From a virus (Duplodnaviria > Caudoviricetes): a DNA stretch of 52,723 bases. A program made the translations under genes and the position numbers. This document shows, piece by piece, positions 37,249 through 46,323 of this stretch. The stretch is taken from positions 1 through 52,723 of the IMG/VR virus record IMGVR_UViG_3300027973_000071. The stretch is one strand, 5' to 3'. The notes beneath the pieces are model-generated. The model saw nothing but the letters and a program-made list of their open reading frames with translations, did not search any database and had not been told where the DNA came from. The stretch's first letter is position 1. Each line of letters starts with the position of its first letter.

Positions 37249-37473
37249 TTAAGCTGAGGCCGGAATCCTTGGGCGGCACCACAAGAACTCCTTCTCTGGC
37301 CTAGCACCGACAGCCACCAAGGACTGCGGCGACCACTCCGTCTTTGTGTGGAGCGGGTAACCTGGGCCGACATAAACGCCGGGCTTAGAAAAGTGAGGGA
37401 CGAAAGTAACTTGCCCCCATTTATAGACGGTGACCGGGAAGCGGTCTGAGTAGGCTATTTTCTTATCTATCAA
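37249..37473 (-). CDS. Hypothetical protein
   Basis: Last ORF of the tightly packed leftward operon. Confidence 0.55.
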   Translation of the reverse strand: MIDKKIAYSDRFPVTVYKWGQVTFVPHFSKPGVYVGPGYPLHTKTEWSPQSLVAVGARPEKEFLWCRPRIPASA

Positions 37474-37476
37474 TTC

Positions 37477-37677
37477 TTACTCCAGGCTATTGATGGCGGT
37501 TAGAAGATCTCTGGCGTTGGGGCCTCCGCGTTTCTTGAGAATCCTTGCGGCCAGATCACGGCGCTCTACCCACATTCTGGTCTGCATGACGCCGCCATTG
37601 ACGATCCGCATTGGAACCTTGTTCATACGATCTTTCAGCTCTTTCTTGAGCCGCTCGATAGTTTCTTCTTCACTCAT
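37477..37677 (-). CDS. Hypothetical protein
   Basis: ATG overlaps the upstream stop codon (MSEEETIERL...). Confidence 0.6.
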   Translation of the reverse strand: MSEEETIERLKKELKDRMNKVPMRIVNGGVMQTRMWVERRDLAARILKKRGGPNARDLLTAINSLE

Positions 37678-37940
37678 TGGCCAACCATTTTCTTGATGCT
37701 CTTGATGGAGACGGTTCCCGCAATGCATGCCTCGGCAAACTTAGCCTGCTCTCTGGCCCCAAGATCTCCAAGTTCTTTTCTCCACTCCTCGTAGAGAGCT
37801 CGTCGCCGGGTGGGTGAGGTGAGGGAGATCGCCTTCTCCACCCGCGCAATCAAGCGCAGGCGAGATTGGAGAAGCTCTTCCTTCCACCTCAGCTCCTGCT
37901 CGGCCGCTAGACGAATTCGCTCAGCGACGGCGGAATCCAT
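37674..37940 (-). CDS. Hypothetical helical protein
   Basis: Tight operon packing. Confidence 0.6.
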   Translation of the reverse strand: MDSAVAERIRLAAEQELRWKEELLQSRLRLIARVEKAISLTSPTRRRALYEEWRKELGDLGAREQAKFAEACIAGTVSIKSIKKMVGQ

Positions 37941-38368
37941 CCCTCTGGCTTCCCGATCTTCATTGTGCCGGGCTTGAAGACGGGCTTGCCGTCCACCAGC
38001 TTGGCATCGTTGCTGTCCAGAACCGCGATGTCGGCGGCATCCTTATTGAATCCTGCGAGGTAGGCGACACCGTTGCCGGTGACTTCTGTGTCGCATAGCG
38101 CGTCAAGCGCATCGATGCGGGCATCGATGATGGCTTTAACATTGCCCGTCTTCACCATCTCTCCGACGTAGCTGATGCTCTCAATGGCACTAGACAGGAT
38201 TATGTTGAGACCTCTGTCGAATGTGTTTTCGTTGGTAAGGATCGCCAGACAGGACAAGAACTCCGCCATCTCTTCGAGGTGGCATCCAATCTGTGTAGAA
38301 AGGTGCTGCGGACACGGGTATTTCCCGCAGGCCTTCAGCCAACTCTCAGTTCGCTGATAGTTTGTCAC
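37907..38368 (-). CDS. MazG-like (PRA-PH family) nucleotide pyrophosphohydrolase
   Basis: EEMAE...DALCD...V.DSN.AK..DGKP....KI.KPEGW..P motif. Confidence 0.8.
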   Translation of the reverse strand: MTNYQRTESWLKACGKYPCPQHLSTQIGCHLEEMAEFLSCLAILTNENTFDRGLNIILSSAIESISYVGEMVKTGNVKAIIDARIDALDALCDTEVTGNGVAYLAGFNKDAADIAVLDSNDAKLVDGKPVFKPGTMKIGKPEGWIPPSLSEFV

Positions 38369-38538
38369 TGAAGCGCCTCCTTGCCGGAGTCCTCGACGAC
38401 CGCCTGCTGCTGCGCCTGAACTTGCTGGATGATGACGTCAATCAACTGGCGAACTTGGGCATGAGGCCCCGCGTCAAGTTGACGCAAGATGACATTGACT
38501 TGATCAATGTTGAGGGAAAGGGAGAAGATGTTGCTCAT
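38365..38538 (-). CDS. Hypothetical protein
   Basis: LNIDQVNVIL..L...P...V..LI small-phage-protein pattern; overlapping start/stop codons. Confidence 0.65.
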   Translation of the reverse strand: MSNIFSLSLNIDQVNVILRQLDAGPHAQVRQLIDVIIQQVQAQQQAVVEDSGKEALQ

Positions 38539-38861
38539 GCTTTTTTCCAAACGGTTTTAGGGGAACGATGGCAGTTGGAACTGGACTGCGGCGCATACCC
38601 GCAAGGCTGAACAGTTCCAACACGGCGGGCGCGTTGGGCGACATAGCCCCAGGCCCTGTTATCGGGAGGAGCGGAGAAGCCGATCTTCTCGGCCCACACC
38701 CGGACATCCTCCGTCATGAAACCTTGCGGCTTCATGTTTGCGTAGAGCTGGAAGTATTCCAGCGCAGTTTGAGACCAGCCCTCCATGAAGCGGTCGGCTT
38801 TAGAGGCGGCAAGCATAGCGCCTGCATCACGGCCTTGCTTTCCAAGTTCAGCGTTGAGCAT
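38535..38861 (-). CDS. Hypothetical protein (winged-helix-like)
   Basis: F.TEDVR...PPDNRAWG...H..P..VW pattern; AAGGA RBS. Confidence 0.65.
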   Translation of the reverse strand: MLNAELGKQGRDAGAMLAASKADRFMEGWSQTALEYFQLYANMKPQGFMTEDVRVWAEKIGFSAPPDNRAWGYVAQRARRVGTVQPCGYAPQSSSNCHRSPKTVWKKA

Positions 38862-38870
38862 TTCGATTCC

Positions 38871-39188
38871 TTATTTGATGCGGGCGGCGATGGAGCTAGA
38901 GAAGGAATGGATACCCTCTTGGAACCAGCGCCGGATTGCGTATTGACGAAGAACGGAGATGGCCGTGTAGATCCATCCTCCCCAGAAGTTGGCTCCGGGT
39001 GAGACATGGACTCCGACCATCAAAGGAAACAGGATCAGGTTTGCCACAAAGTTGATGGAGAAACCGATCACAATGTTCACCCACGCCTCAATGATTGCCT
39101 GACGGGGGTTCTCGCCAGCGTAGTACGTACGCAGCGTGAACACACCGACGAAGAGCATTGAGCCGAGGCCAAGTGCAGTCAGGGTCAC
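38871..39188 (-). CDS. Membrane protein
   Basis: Three hydrophobic segments; IIEAWVNIVIGF...SVLRQY.IRRWF. Confidence 0.7.
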   Translation of the reverse strand: MTLTALGLGSMLFVGVFTLRTYYAGENPRQAIIEAWVNIVIGFSINFVANLILFPLMVGVHVSPGANFWGGWIYTAISVLRQYAIRRWFQEGIHSFSSSIAARIK

Positions 39189-39733
39189 AGCTTCAGCCCC
39201 GTGTCAGCAATAGTGAAGTGGCGCGGGCTCTTGTCTGCGTATCGATCTAGCACCTCACCAGCTCTGGCGTTGAGTTCGTTGTAGAACGGAGCAGAGCTTG
39301 GGGCCCTGTCGTCATCCCACATCTGCTGCATCATCGCGTCACGCAGGACGGTCAGCGATGCAATTGCTTTGGTGACGTGAGATATGCCCGAGTCAGGATC
39401 GATGTCCTCGCCCTCCCACCATGCCATCAGGTGCCGCATCACGCCGTCGTAGTAGACGGACGCCCGGACGCCTGCGGTTCGGTAGTTGTGGCGACCATAC
39501 TTCGCGGCGCCCTCAAGCATTGCCACGCCAAGCTCGGCCAGCACGTTCGCCGGAACGGTAGACATTGGGGCTTTGCGAATGCCGACAGCATCCTTCGGGT
39601 TGGTCATCTTGTTCGCGGCCACCTTGAAGGATGACGCGGGGTACGCCGTTCCCGATAGCTCATGAAAAGTCAACGCATCATGCTCGTCTCCAAACAGAGA
39701 GCTTGGATGGGAGACGGTGCTGTAAATATTCAT
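39185..39733 (-). CDS. dATP/dGTP diphosphohydrolase-like (DUF5664)
   Basis: NPKD..G..K...GAAKYG..N.R...RHL.AW..GED.DPDSG..H motif. Confidence 0.8.
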   Translation of the reverse strand: MNIYSTVSHPSSLFGDEHDALTFHELSGTAYPASSFKVAANKMTNPKDAVGIRKAPMSTVPANVLAELGVAMLEGAAKYGRHNYRTAGVRASVYYDGVMRHLMAWWEGEDIDPDSGISHVTKAIASLTVLRDAMMQQMWDDDRAPSSAPFYNELNARAGEVLDRYADKSPRHFTIADTGLKL

Positions 39734-39909
39734 GACGCGGCCTCCGCCTCGCTCCCGTATTGGGATTTGAGGAAAGAGTCCAGATCGTCTTGGCGGAAGC
39801 GCCACTGACGCCCTACCTTTCCGGCAGGGATTCGCTTCTCACGCGCAAGTTTGCGCAACGAGAAGACACTAATGCCAAGGTACTTGGCCGCCTCAAAAAT
39901 CGACATCAT
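39730..39909 (-). CDS. Excisionase-like HTH DNA-binding protein
   Basis: EAAKYLGIS..SLRKLA....IPA.KVGRQWRF...DLD motif. Confidence 0.85.
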   Translation of the reverse strand: MMSIFEAAKYLGISVFSLRKLAREKRIPAGKVGRQWRFRQDDLDSFLKSQYGSEAEAAS

Positions 39910-40750
39910 CGCTAGTGTTTCCTTCTTGCTCTTTGATCTTCCTGAATTGCTCGCAGAACGGCGCAACCTCGCAGTAACTTTCGCACCGGCGATTTACTCC
40001 GGGCCTCTCAATGATGGAGAAGCCTTTTGCCGGCTCGCCAAGCTCCTCTCTTGTGGCCGCGACCTTGGTGGCTCGCTTAGCCCCGTCCTTTGTGAGGGCG
40101 TACGTTGTGCCCGAATACCAGCGCTCATCCTCGGTGCAGGAAGAGTTGCCAAGGTCGGACTCAGACGCACGGTGCATCACGACTCGATCGTGTATGTACT
40201 TGCTTGTGTCCTCTATCGACCAAACCGGAACATCAATAACCGCGATAGGCGCCTTCGGGTAGTCGGGCTTTCGATCGGCCTCGCTCTTCTTCCAGTCACG
40301 GAAGATAGCCACGATCTGCAAGCGATCCACCTCGTACCCGTTCTTGTGGGCAAGCCAGCGCAGCACGTTGAGCTGTCGTGTCCAGCTATCGTCGCCGCCA
40401 GCTTTGTAGGTCGAGCAGACCTTGTAGTCCTGAAGAACCCTGTCCTCCAGATGCAGGCGGTCGAACTGACCCGAGAGCTTCCAGCCATCGACGTCGGCGT
40501 ACAGGCGCTCCTCGACCAGAGCGCTGTCGTGCGCCCGCTCAAGGATGGCGTGAACCGCTTGGCCGAGAAGCGAGAAGACCCGCTCGCTCACATCGGTCAC
40601 CACAGACTCCGAGTGCCTTTTCATCAGCGCTCGAATCCGGGGTGAGTCGATCAGTTTGGTGACGGAGATGTCTCCGCCGCCACGATACGGGTCGTTCTTG
40701 ATGGCGCTGACAATCGCCTCAGGAAGACCGTGTAGGTTGGTGAGCAGCAT
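39893..40750 (-). CDS. PD-(D/E)XK (Cas4-like) exonuclease
   Basis: G.AVH..LE...EERL...SGQFD...DYK...QLN; C-terminal Cys cluster RCESYCEVAPFC. Confidence 0.8.
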   Translation of the reverse strand: MLLTNLHGLPEAIVSAIKNDPYRGGGDISVTKLIDSPRIRALMKRHSESVVTDVSERVFSLLGQAVHAILERAHDSALVEERLYADVDGWKLSGQFDRLHLEDRVLQDYKVCSTYKAGGDDSWTRQLNVLRWLAHKNGYEVDRLQIVAIFRDWKKSEADRKPDYPKAPIAVIDVPVWSIEDTSKYIHDRVVMHRASESDLGNSSCTEDERWYSGTTYALTKDGAKRATKVAATREELGEPAKGFSIIERPGVNRRCESYCEVAPFCEQFRKIKEQEGNTSDDVDF

Positions 40751-41016
40751 CAGACGACCGAGAACCAGTCTTCCGACAGGAGGTCGGTTTGGCTGGCAAT
40801 CCACGGAACACGAGCGCCGGGAGTGTTGTCCGCATCCGTCGGGTAGTTCAGGTACAGATACGGCAGGGTCATCTTGCTGTTGGCATCGGGAACTTGCAGC
40901 TCCACCCACAGGCCCTTTCCGTTCCACCCCTTGCGGGCAACGCGTTGGCCACGCTTGAGTTCATCAAGCGCCATGCCGAAGCACATGGTTCCATCCATAG
41001 CGTTGTACTTTGCCAT
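40750..41016 (-). CDS. DUF2829 / Tad2-like nucleotide-signal sponge
   Basis: FG.AL..LK.G.RVARKGWNGKG...PW.ASQTDLL.EDW signature. Confidence 0.8.
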   Translation of the reverse strand: MAKYNAMDGTMCFGMALDELKRGQRVARKGWNGKGLWVELQVPDANSKMTLPYLYLNYPTDADNTPGARVPWIASQTDLLSEDWFSVV

Positions 41017-41267
41017 TAGAAGTCCACCTCAACTGCACCGCCTCGCTGGCCGCCGTTGTCATTCTTCGCGTACTTGGGGTCGGGCAGCTTGAGGACGCCG
41101 CTCTTGAACGGGTTACCGTTCTTGGAGACGCGATGCCAGATGGCGACGTCGTACTTGGTGCCGTCAGGGAAGGTGACGGTGCCGGTCTCCTGCGGAGCCT
41201 TGGCGTTGGTTGCGCGGTTGTTGTCGAAGAGAACAATCTCGATCTGGTTGTTGTATGTTGCAGACAT
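41016..41267 (-). CDS. Putative ssDNA-binding protein
   Basis: LF.N...P..TG...AIW..VSKNG..F.SG; acidic/aromatic C-terminus (EVDF); adjacent to ERF. Confidence 0.6.
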   Translation of the reverse strand: MSATYNNQIEIVLFDNNRATNAKAPQETGTVTFPDGTKYDVAIWHRVSKNGNPFKSGVLKLPDPKYAKNDNGGQRGGAVEVDF

Positions 41268-41279
41268 TCTTGAGTTTCC

Positions 41280-41882
41280 TTACTTGGTGGTTGCGGATTC
41301 AGCGGCTTTCTTCTGGAGCTTGGCGATCACCTCCTGCGCCTTGGTCACTGGCAGGTCGATGATGTCAGCCACGCCGTAAGCCTTGGCGATGGCATGGTGA
41401 GCGACGCCGGCTTGAGCTGCCAGCTTCTCGATGGTTTCGGCCTCGGTAACACCGATGGTCTTGATGGGCGCGGGCTGAACAGGGGCAACGGCCTGACGCT
41501 TCGGAGCAGATGCCGTGGCAGCGTTGCCATCGTCATCCTCGGGGGCGATGCCACACGCAGCCATCAGGCTATAGCGACGGGCATAGGTCAGCGCTGAGCC
41601 GTAGCCCTGCGCGTCGTGCTTCGTGGCCGGGACGAACAGCTTGCCAGCGGAGAACTGCTCGCCGCTCTCATGCACGAACATGGTCTCGACCATCACGCCG
41701 CCTTCGCATTCGTGCGTCTGCTGGATGAGCGCCACGCCGTTGTCGTTCAGCGAGTCGATGACAGCCTCAACGCAGGCGGCAAGGTCTGCGTAACGGCTCT
41801 TGAAGTGGGGGTTTGTGCTGGTCTTAAGTGCGGAGCCGAAGCCCTTCTGCGCCTTGACCAGAGCGGATGCGATTTTCTGCAT
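41280..41882 (-). CDS. erf: ERF-family ssDNA annealing recombinase
   Basis: NPHFKSRYADL, HESGE and QGYGSALTYARRYSL..CGIAPEDDDGN motifs. Confidence 0.92.
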   Translation of the reverse strand: MQKIASALVKAQKGFGSALKTSTNPHFKSRYADLAACVEAVIDSLNDNGVALIQQTHECEGGVMVETMFVHESGEQFSAGKLFVPATKHDAQGYGSALTYARRYSLMAACGIAPEDDDGNAATASAPKRQAVAPVQPAPIKTIGVTEAETIEKLAAQAGVAHHAIAKAYGVADIIDLPVTKAQEVIAKLQKKAAESATTK

Positions 41883-41934
41883 GAGTCCTTTGGGTCTTGT
41901 TGATGGTAAATTGCTTGCTCTTGTGCGGGGCAAG

Positions 41935-42206
41935 CGGCGTTACGTTGCGGAGTGAATTGTAGGCACAAGTTTCCGGTTGTCGTTATAGGGTTTTCCCTAG
42001 TTGTTTTCCTGTTTTTAAGGCGAATAATCGCCATCTAGAAACTTCGCAGCGTCCCTATGTAGAACGAAGTACCACAAAGATGAGGAACGACGGAGACGAA
42101 TGCTATAAACAAGAACGAATCCTGTCGATACTGCAAAGAGCAACGTATACAGCAGTATAAAAAACATAAACCAACCTATCAATAACAAGGAGCAACGTAT
42201 ATCAAT
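41935..42206. promoter_or_regulatory. Divergent control region with direct repeats
   Basis: GAGCAACGTATA occurs twice (42137-42148 and 42190-42201); several GAACGA; A-rich. Confidence 0.5.
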
Positions 42207-43916
42207 ATGAAGAATTTTTCAGACTTCGGCGTCGATCTCCAGGGGAGGACAGGAGAAGAGGTCAAGACAACCTGCCCGCAATGCAGCCACACGCGAAAGA
42301 AGAAAAGCTATCCGTGCCTGAACGTGAACACGGTGAAGGGCATCTGGCATTGCCACCATTGCGGATGGTCTGGTGGCCTTGGGTCTGGTGTCATCAACCG
42401 CTCAGCCCCTCCCAGCCGACGCGTCTACCACAAGCCTGAGTTCCGCCCGGCCGCCCTCTCTGACAAGGCCATCGAGTGGTTCGCTCAGCGCGGCATCACA
42501 ACGGAAGTCCTGATCCGCAACCGAGTCTCGATGGAGCGGGTGTGGATGCCTCAGCTTGAGGACGAGGTTAGCGCGATTGCCTACCCCTTCTACAAGGAAG
42601 GCGAGGTAGTGAACGTGAAGTATAGGGATGGCGCCAAGAACTTCCGTCAGGTCGCTGGCGCTCAGAAGGTTCTCTACAAGTACGATGACATCAACGTGGA
42701 GCAGACCATCATCTGCGAGGGAGAGATGGATGCCCTTGCTCTTGAGGTTGCTGGCCTGCGCCATTCGGTCTCTGTTCCTGACGGCGCCCCTACGCCTGAC
42801 GCCAAGAACCTAGAGGTCAAGTTTGAGTACCTCGAAGACGAGAGACTCGACTCTGTCAAGCAATGGATTCTCGCCGTCGATAACGATGAGCCGGGCAAGA
42901 AGCTGGAGGATGAGCTTGCTCGCCGCCTTGGCCGCGAGAAGTGCCTGCGCGTGTCATGGCCAGATGGCTGCAAGGATGCCAACGATGTGCTGATGAAGCA
43001 CGGCGCCGAGACCCTTCGTCATTGCATCGAAGACGCCAAGTCGTTCCCCGTCGAGGGCGTGTTCTCTCTCAACGACATCGAGGATGACATCAACAACATG
43101 CTGGAGTATGGCCTGATCCAGGGTGAGCCAACCGGCTGGGCATCTGTCAGCTCTCTCTATACGCCAGCGCCCGGTCAATGGACCTTGGTCACCGGCATCC
43201 CGTCAATGGGTAAGTCTGAGTGGCTGGATGCTCTGGCAGTGAACATCGCCGAGAACGCGGGCTGGTCCTTTGGCGTCTGCTCTCCAGAGAACCAGCCGAT
43301 CTCTTGGCACGCAGCCAAGCTGATCGAGAAGCGGATGGGCGAGCGACTCATCGCGGGCAAGGTCAACCATGCAAGGTTCCAAGAGGCAAAGTCTTGGGTC
43401 AACGAACACTTCCACTTCATCATGCCGGAAGAGCCGAGCCTAGACTCCGTGCTTGCAAAGGCCAAGGTTCTGATCCGACGACAAGGGATGAAGGGTCTGG
43501 TCATCGACCCGTACAACGAGCTGGATCACACCAAGCGCAAGGACGGCGTGAGCGAGACCGAGTACGTCTCGACCTTCCTCACTCAGATGCGCAAGTTCGC
43601 CCGCGACAATCAGATTCACATCTGGCTGGTGGCTCACCCCTCGAAGCTGATGAAGGACAACAAGGGCGTGTACCCTGTGCCTGACGGCTACGCTGTCAGC
43701 GGGTCGGCACACTTCTACAACAAGGCCGACAACATCATCGCCGTCCACAGGGATACCAACAACCCGCAGGCGGCGACCGAGGTTCACGTTCAGAAGATAC
43801 GCTCTCGCTGGCTTGGCAGGCGCGGTACAGCACTTCTCAAGTGGCGCCCTGAGTGCGGCCGGTTCAAGGAATTCGATGGGGCTTACTCCCCTCCCGGAGT
43901 AGGGGGTGGCGAATGA
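42207..43916 (+). CDS. T7 gp4/Twinkle-like primase-helicase
   Basis: Zn finger CPQC...CHHC; TOPRIM EGEMD, DNDEPG, KDAND; Walker A GIPSMGKS; VIDPYN; LVAHP. Confidence 0.93.
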   Translation: MKNFSDFGVDLQGRTGEEVKTTCPQCSHTRKKKSYPCLNVNTVKGIWHCHHCGWSGGLGSGVINRSAPPSRRVYHKPEFRPAALSDKAIEWFAQRGITTEVLIRNRVSMERVWMPQLEDEVSAIAYPFYKEGEVVNVKYRDGAKNFRQVAGAQKVLYKYDDINVEQTIICEGEMDALALEVAGLRHSVSVPDGAPTPDAKNLEVKFEYLEDERLDSVKQWILAVDNDEPGKKLEDELARRLGREKCLRVSWPDGCKDANDVLMKHGAETLRHCIEDAKSFPVEGVFSLNDIEDDINNMLEYGLIQGEPTGWASVSSLYTPAPGQWTLVTGIPSMGKSEWLDALAVNIAENAGWSFGVCSPENQPISWHAAKLIEKRMGERLIAGKVNHARFQEAKSWVNEHFHFIMPEEPSLDSVLAKAKVLIRRQGMKGLVIDPYNELDHTKRKDGVSETEYVSTFLTQMRKFARDNQIHIWLVAHPSKLMKDNKGVYPVPDGYAVSGSAHFYNKADNIIAVHRDTNNPQAATEVHVQKIRSRWLGRRGTALLKWRPECGRFKEFDGAYSPPGVGGGE

Positions 43917-44146
43917 ACCGCGACGACATCATCCGCATGGCGCTGGAGGCAGGCTTCACTTGTGACGAGGCCGACTTCGTTTTTCCGAACCCAAGCAGGT
44001 CAGGCATTCAGTTGGAGCTTGAACGCTTCGCCGCCCTTGTCGCCGCAGCCGAGCGCGAAGCGTGTGCGAAGGTGTGTGAAGAGCCGGGATGGAACGCCGC
44101 TAACTGGTGCGCTAAACAAATCCGCGCAAGGGGGAACAATGCCTGA
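43913..44146 (+). CDS. Hypothetical protein
   Basis: MNRDDIIRMA.EAG...LERFAALVAAAEREACAKVC pattern common in proteobacterial phages. Confidence 0.7.
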   Translation: MNRDDIIRMALEAGFTCDEADFVFPNPSRSGIQLELERFAALVAAAEREACAKVCEEPGWNAANWCAKQIRARGNNA

Positions 44147-44333
44147 CATCACCATGTGCGCGTCGACTACCTGCCATCGTAGGACTGAGTGCTACCGCAA
44201 CGCAGAGAGTGGCACCGAGCCTAACCCGTGGAGGCAAGCCTACTTCCTATACGTCGATGAGACGGATGTCGGCTGCGAGAAATTCAGCCCTGTTCGTAGG
44301 GGCGCCGACCAGCGTGAGGATAAGAAGGCATGA
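44139..44333 (+). CDS. Small Cys-containing hypothetical protein
   Basis: MPDITMC....C.....CYR motif. Confidence 0.7.
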   Translation: MPDITMCASTTCHRRTECYRNAESGTEPNPWRQAYFLYVDETDVGCEKFSPVRRGADQREDKKA

Positions 44334-44623
44334 CGCACAGAGATCGGAAGCTACTTGATCTCGCCGAAGGAATGCCGTGTGTCATGTGCGGGAACGACGA
44401 CGGAACCGTTGTTGCCGCCCACTCGAACCTGCTTGAGCACGGCAAGGGCAGGGGCCTTAAGGCCGACGACTGTATGAGCGCGTGGCTCTGCTACCGCTGC
44501 CATACGGAACTCGACCAGGGCAACAAGATGAGCAAATCAGAGAAGCGGGATTACACCCTCACCGCCATCTGCCGTACCACGCAAGCGCTGTGGAACCGAG
44601 GGTTTATTGGAGTCATTAAGTGA
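44330..44623 (+). CDS. DUF1364/DUF968-like Zn-binding putative nuclease
   Basis: C..CG....TVVAAHSN...GKG.G.KA.D...A.LC..CH..LD motif. Confidence 0.75.
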   Translation: MTHRDRKLLDLAEGMPCVMCGNDDGTVVAAHSNLLEHGKGRGLKADDCMSAWLCYRCHTELDQGNKMSKSEKRDYTLTAICRTTQALWNRGFIGVIK

Positions 44624-45009
44624 ACGAGCAACTGTTGAAGAATGTCGATGCCATCCGCGAGGAGGCTATGGGAATGATTGACAACCTATCCGCGGTGAAG
44701 GGCGAGTCGTACTCTGAGTACGTTCGCCTACTGCTGAACGTGCATCAGTCCGCCAACGTCATCGCTATGTTGTGCGAGATAGCCCGCGAGTTCGATGAAG
44801 ACATGGCAGCGAAGATGGCTGGCATCAGCGAGGTTCTCCTTACGCAGGTAGCAATCAGCGCATCTGCTCTTGGCAAGTTTAGTCAGCAGCAGTCGAACGA
44901 GGCCATCAAGGAGGCCGAGCGCATGAGAGATTGGGTGGATGGCATGAGCGAACGCGCCATCAAGTCAGCCCAAGAGGGCGGATCTTTTGGGGGCAAAGAT
45001 GTTGCGTAG
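44620..45009 (+). CDS. Hypothetical helical protein
   Basis: GTGA overlap; GGAG RBS. Confidence 0.65.
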   Translation: MNEQLLKNVDAIREEAMGMIDNLSAVKGESYSEYVRLLLNVHQSANVIAMLCEIAREFDEDMAAKMAGISEVLLTQVAISASALGKFSQQQSNEAIKEAERMRDWVDGMSERAIKSAQEGGSFGGKDVA

Positions 45010-45181
45010 TCACATTCGTCTTAGCGGCTCTCTCGATGCCACGCTACGCATGAAGGAGTGCGTCAAGTGCGGACAATCCCGGTCGGTTTCCGATGGCGTT
45101 GAGTCCGGGCCGAAGTTTGTGTGCGGCTCCTGCTGGCGCAAGAAGGGCTCAGCAACTCTGAAGTTTGGAGCAAAGAAGTGA
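44999..45181 (+). CDS. Small zinc-ribbon protein
   Basis: CVKC...CGSC; overlaps both neighbours. Confidence 0.55.
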   Translation: MLRSHIRLSGSLDATLRMKECVKCGQSRSVSDGVESGPKFVCGSCWRKKGSATLKFGAKK

Positions 45182-45621
45182 TCACTGGAAAAGTTGTTGC
45201 GAACGCTGGGTCTCATCGCATCCTTGCCGCACTCGGCGATGGGCCTTGCGACTCAAGGAAACTGAAAGACATTGTTGGCGCCATCAATTCGGTGGCCCGC
45301 TTTGACGGAGAGTACATGGCTCGCCTTGAGCATTCCAGCTATGTGCGCCGCAAAGGTGATTTGTGGTACTTGACCGAGGCCGGTCATGAAAAGCTCGAAT
45401 CCCTTGGCCCGGTGCGAAGGCCGGGTAAGACGAGCGTTGCAGCCAGCCGCACAACGGTTGGCGTTGGCATCCTTGACCCGAAGATGTATCAGCAATCTTG
45501 GACTAGGCCGGGCAGCGAGGACTTCCTCAAGTTCCCGAGCCGGATGGGCAACAAGCTGTACTACCGAGATGGTCGGGTTGAAACGATTCTTGAAACGATT
45601 GGAGAGGCAGATGGATATTGA
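45178..45621 (+). CDS. Winged-helix-like protein
   Basis: RIL.AL..GP...L.....V......WYLT..G pattern; C-terminal RPGS.DF...PSR.G. Confidence 0.6.
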   Translation: MITGKVVANAGSHRILAALGDGPCDSRKLKDIVGAINSVARFDGEYMARLEHSSYVRRKGDLWYLTEAGHEKLESLGPVRRPGKTSVAASRTTVGVGILDPKMYQQSWTRPGSEDFLKFPSRMGNKLYYRDGRVETILETIGEADGY

Positions 45622-45943
45622 AGAACTACTGGAGCGCTACCGGAAACTGGCCGACATGTATGCCCCGGCCAAGGCGCAACGAGGGTACCTCGAAGACTAC
45701 AAGAAGAGCTGCATCGCCATGCTGATGAAGGATGCCCTCAAGGGTGGACACGCATCCGCCGCTGCGCAAGAGAGAGAGGCTGCCGCAAACCCGGTCTACA
45801 TCAAGCTGCTTGATGACCTGAAGATCGCCGTGCATGAGGAGGAGAAGATCCGCTACCACATGAAGGCAGTCGAGTGGGAGATCGAAATCTGGCGTACGAA
45901 GCAGGCCAATGAGCGGGCCGAGCGAAGGGCATACGGGGCATGA
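45611..45943 (+). CDS. Coiled-coil phage protein (possible recombination mediator)
   Basis: AAAQEREA.A...Y...IEIWRT.QAN.R motif; GGAG/GAGG RBS. Confidence 0.65.
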   Translation: MDIEELLERYRKLADMYAPAKAQRGYLEDYKKSCIAMLMKDALKGGHASAAAQEREAAANPVYIKLLDDLKIAVHEEEKIRYHMKAVEWEIEIWRTKQANERAERRAYGA

Positions 45944-46323
45944 GCTGGCTTAATCCATCCCTATGGGACTCAGTTTGTAAGTTTCAGGTTGCCACTACCG
46001 AGAAACGATTCCACGCAATCCTCCGGGATCTTGGGCTGCAAGAAGATCTGTGGCCCATGTTCCAGAAGAATGCGCGGGCTGACGCCACGACACACTTTTT
46101 CGAGAGCGATAAGGATCATTGCGCGATTGTGTGCTTGCCTCGTCAGGTCAAGGACATCTCGGGAATACAGATCGCCTCGCTGCTGGTGCATGAGGCGGTT
46201 CATATCTGGCAGCACCACAGAGATCTGGTTGGTGAGGCTAACCCCGGAACAGAGTCGGAGGCGTATGCCATTCAAGCTATTGCGCAACGCCTGATGTATG
46301 AGTATTGGAGACAAGTGAAGTGA
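45940..46323 (+). CDS. Zincin-like metallopeptidase-motif protein
   Basis: LLVHEAVH followed by ESEAY. Confidence 0.6.
   Translation: MSWLNPSLWDSVCKFQVATTEKRFHAILRDLGLQEDLWPMFQKNARADATTHFFESDKDHCAIVCLPRQVKDISGIQIASLLVHEAVHIWQHHRDLVGEANPGTESEAYAIQAIAQRLMYEYWRQVK

Noticed and set aside
37907-39733. Complete 2-aminoadenine (Z-base) pathway
   Set aside because: No PurZ/adenylosuccinate-synthetase-like gene or phage DNA polymerase in the window.
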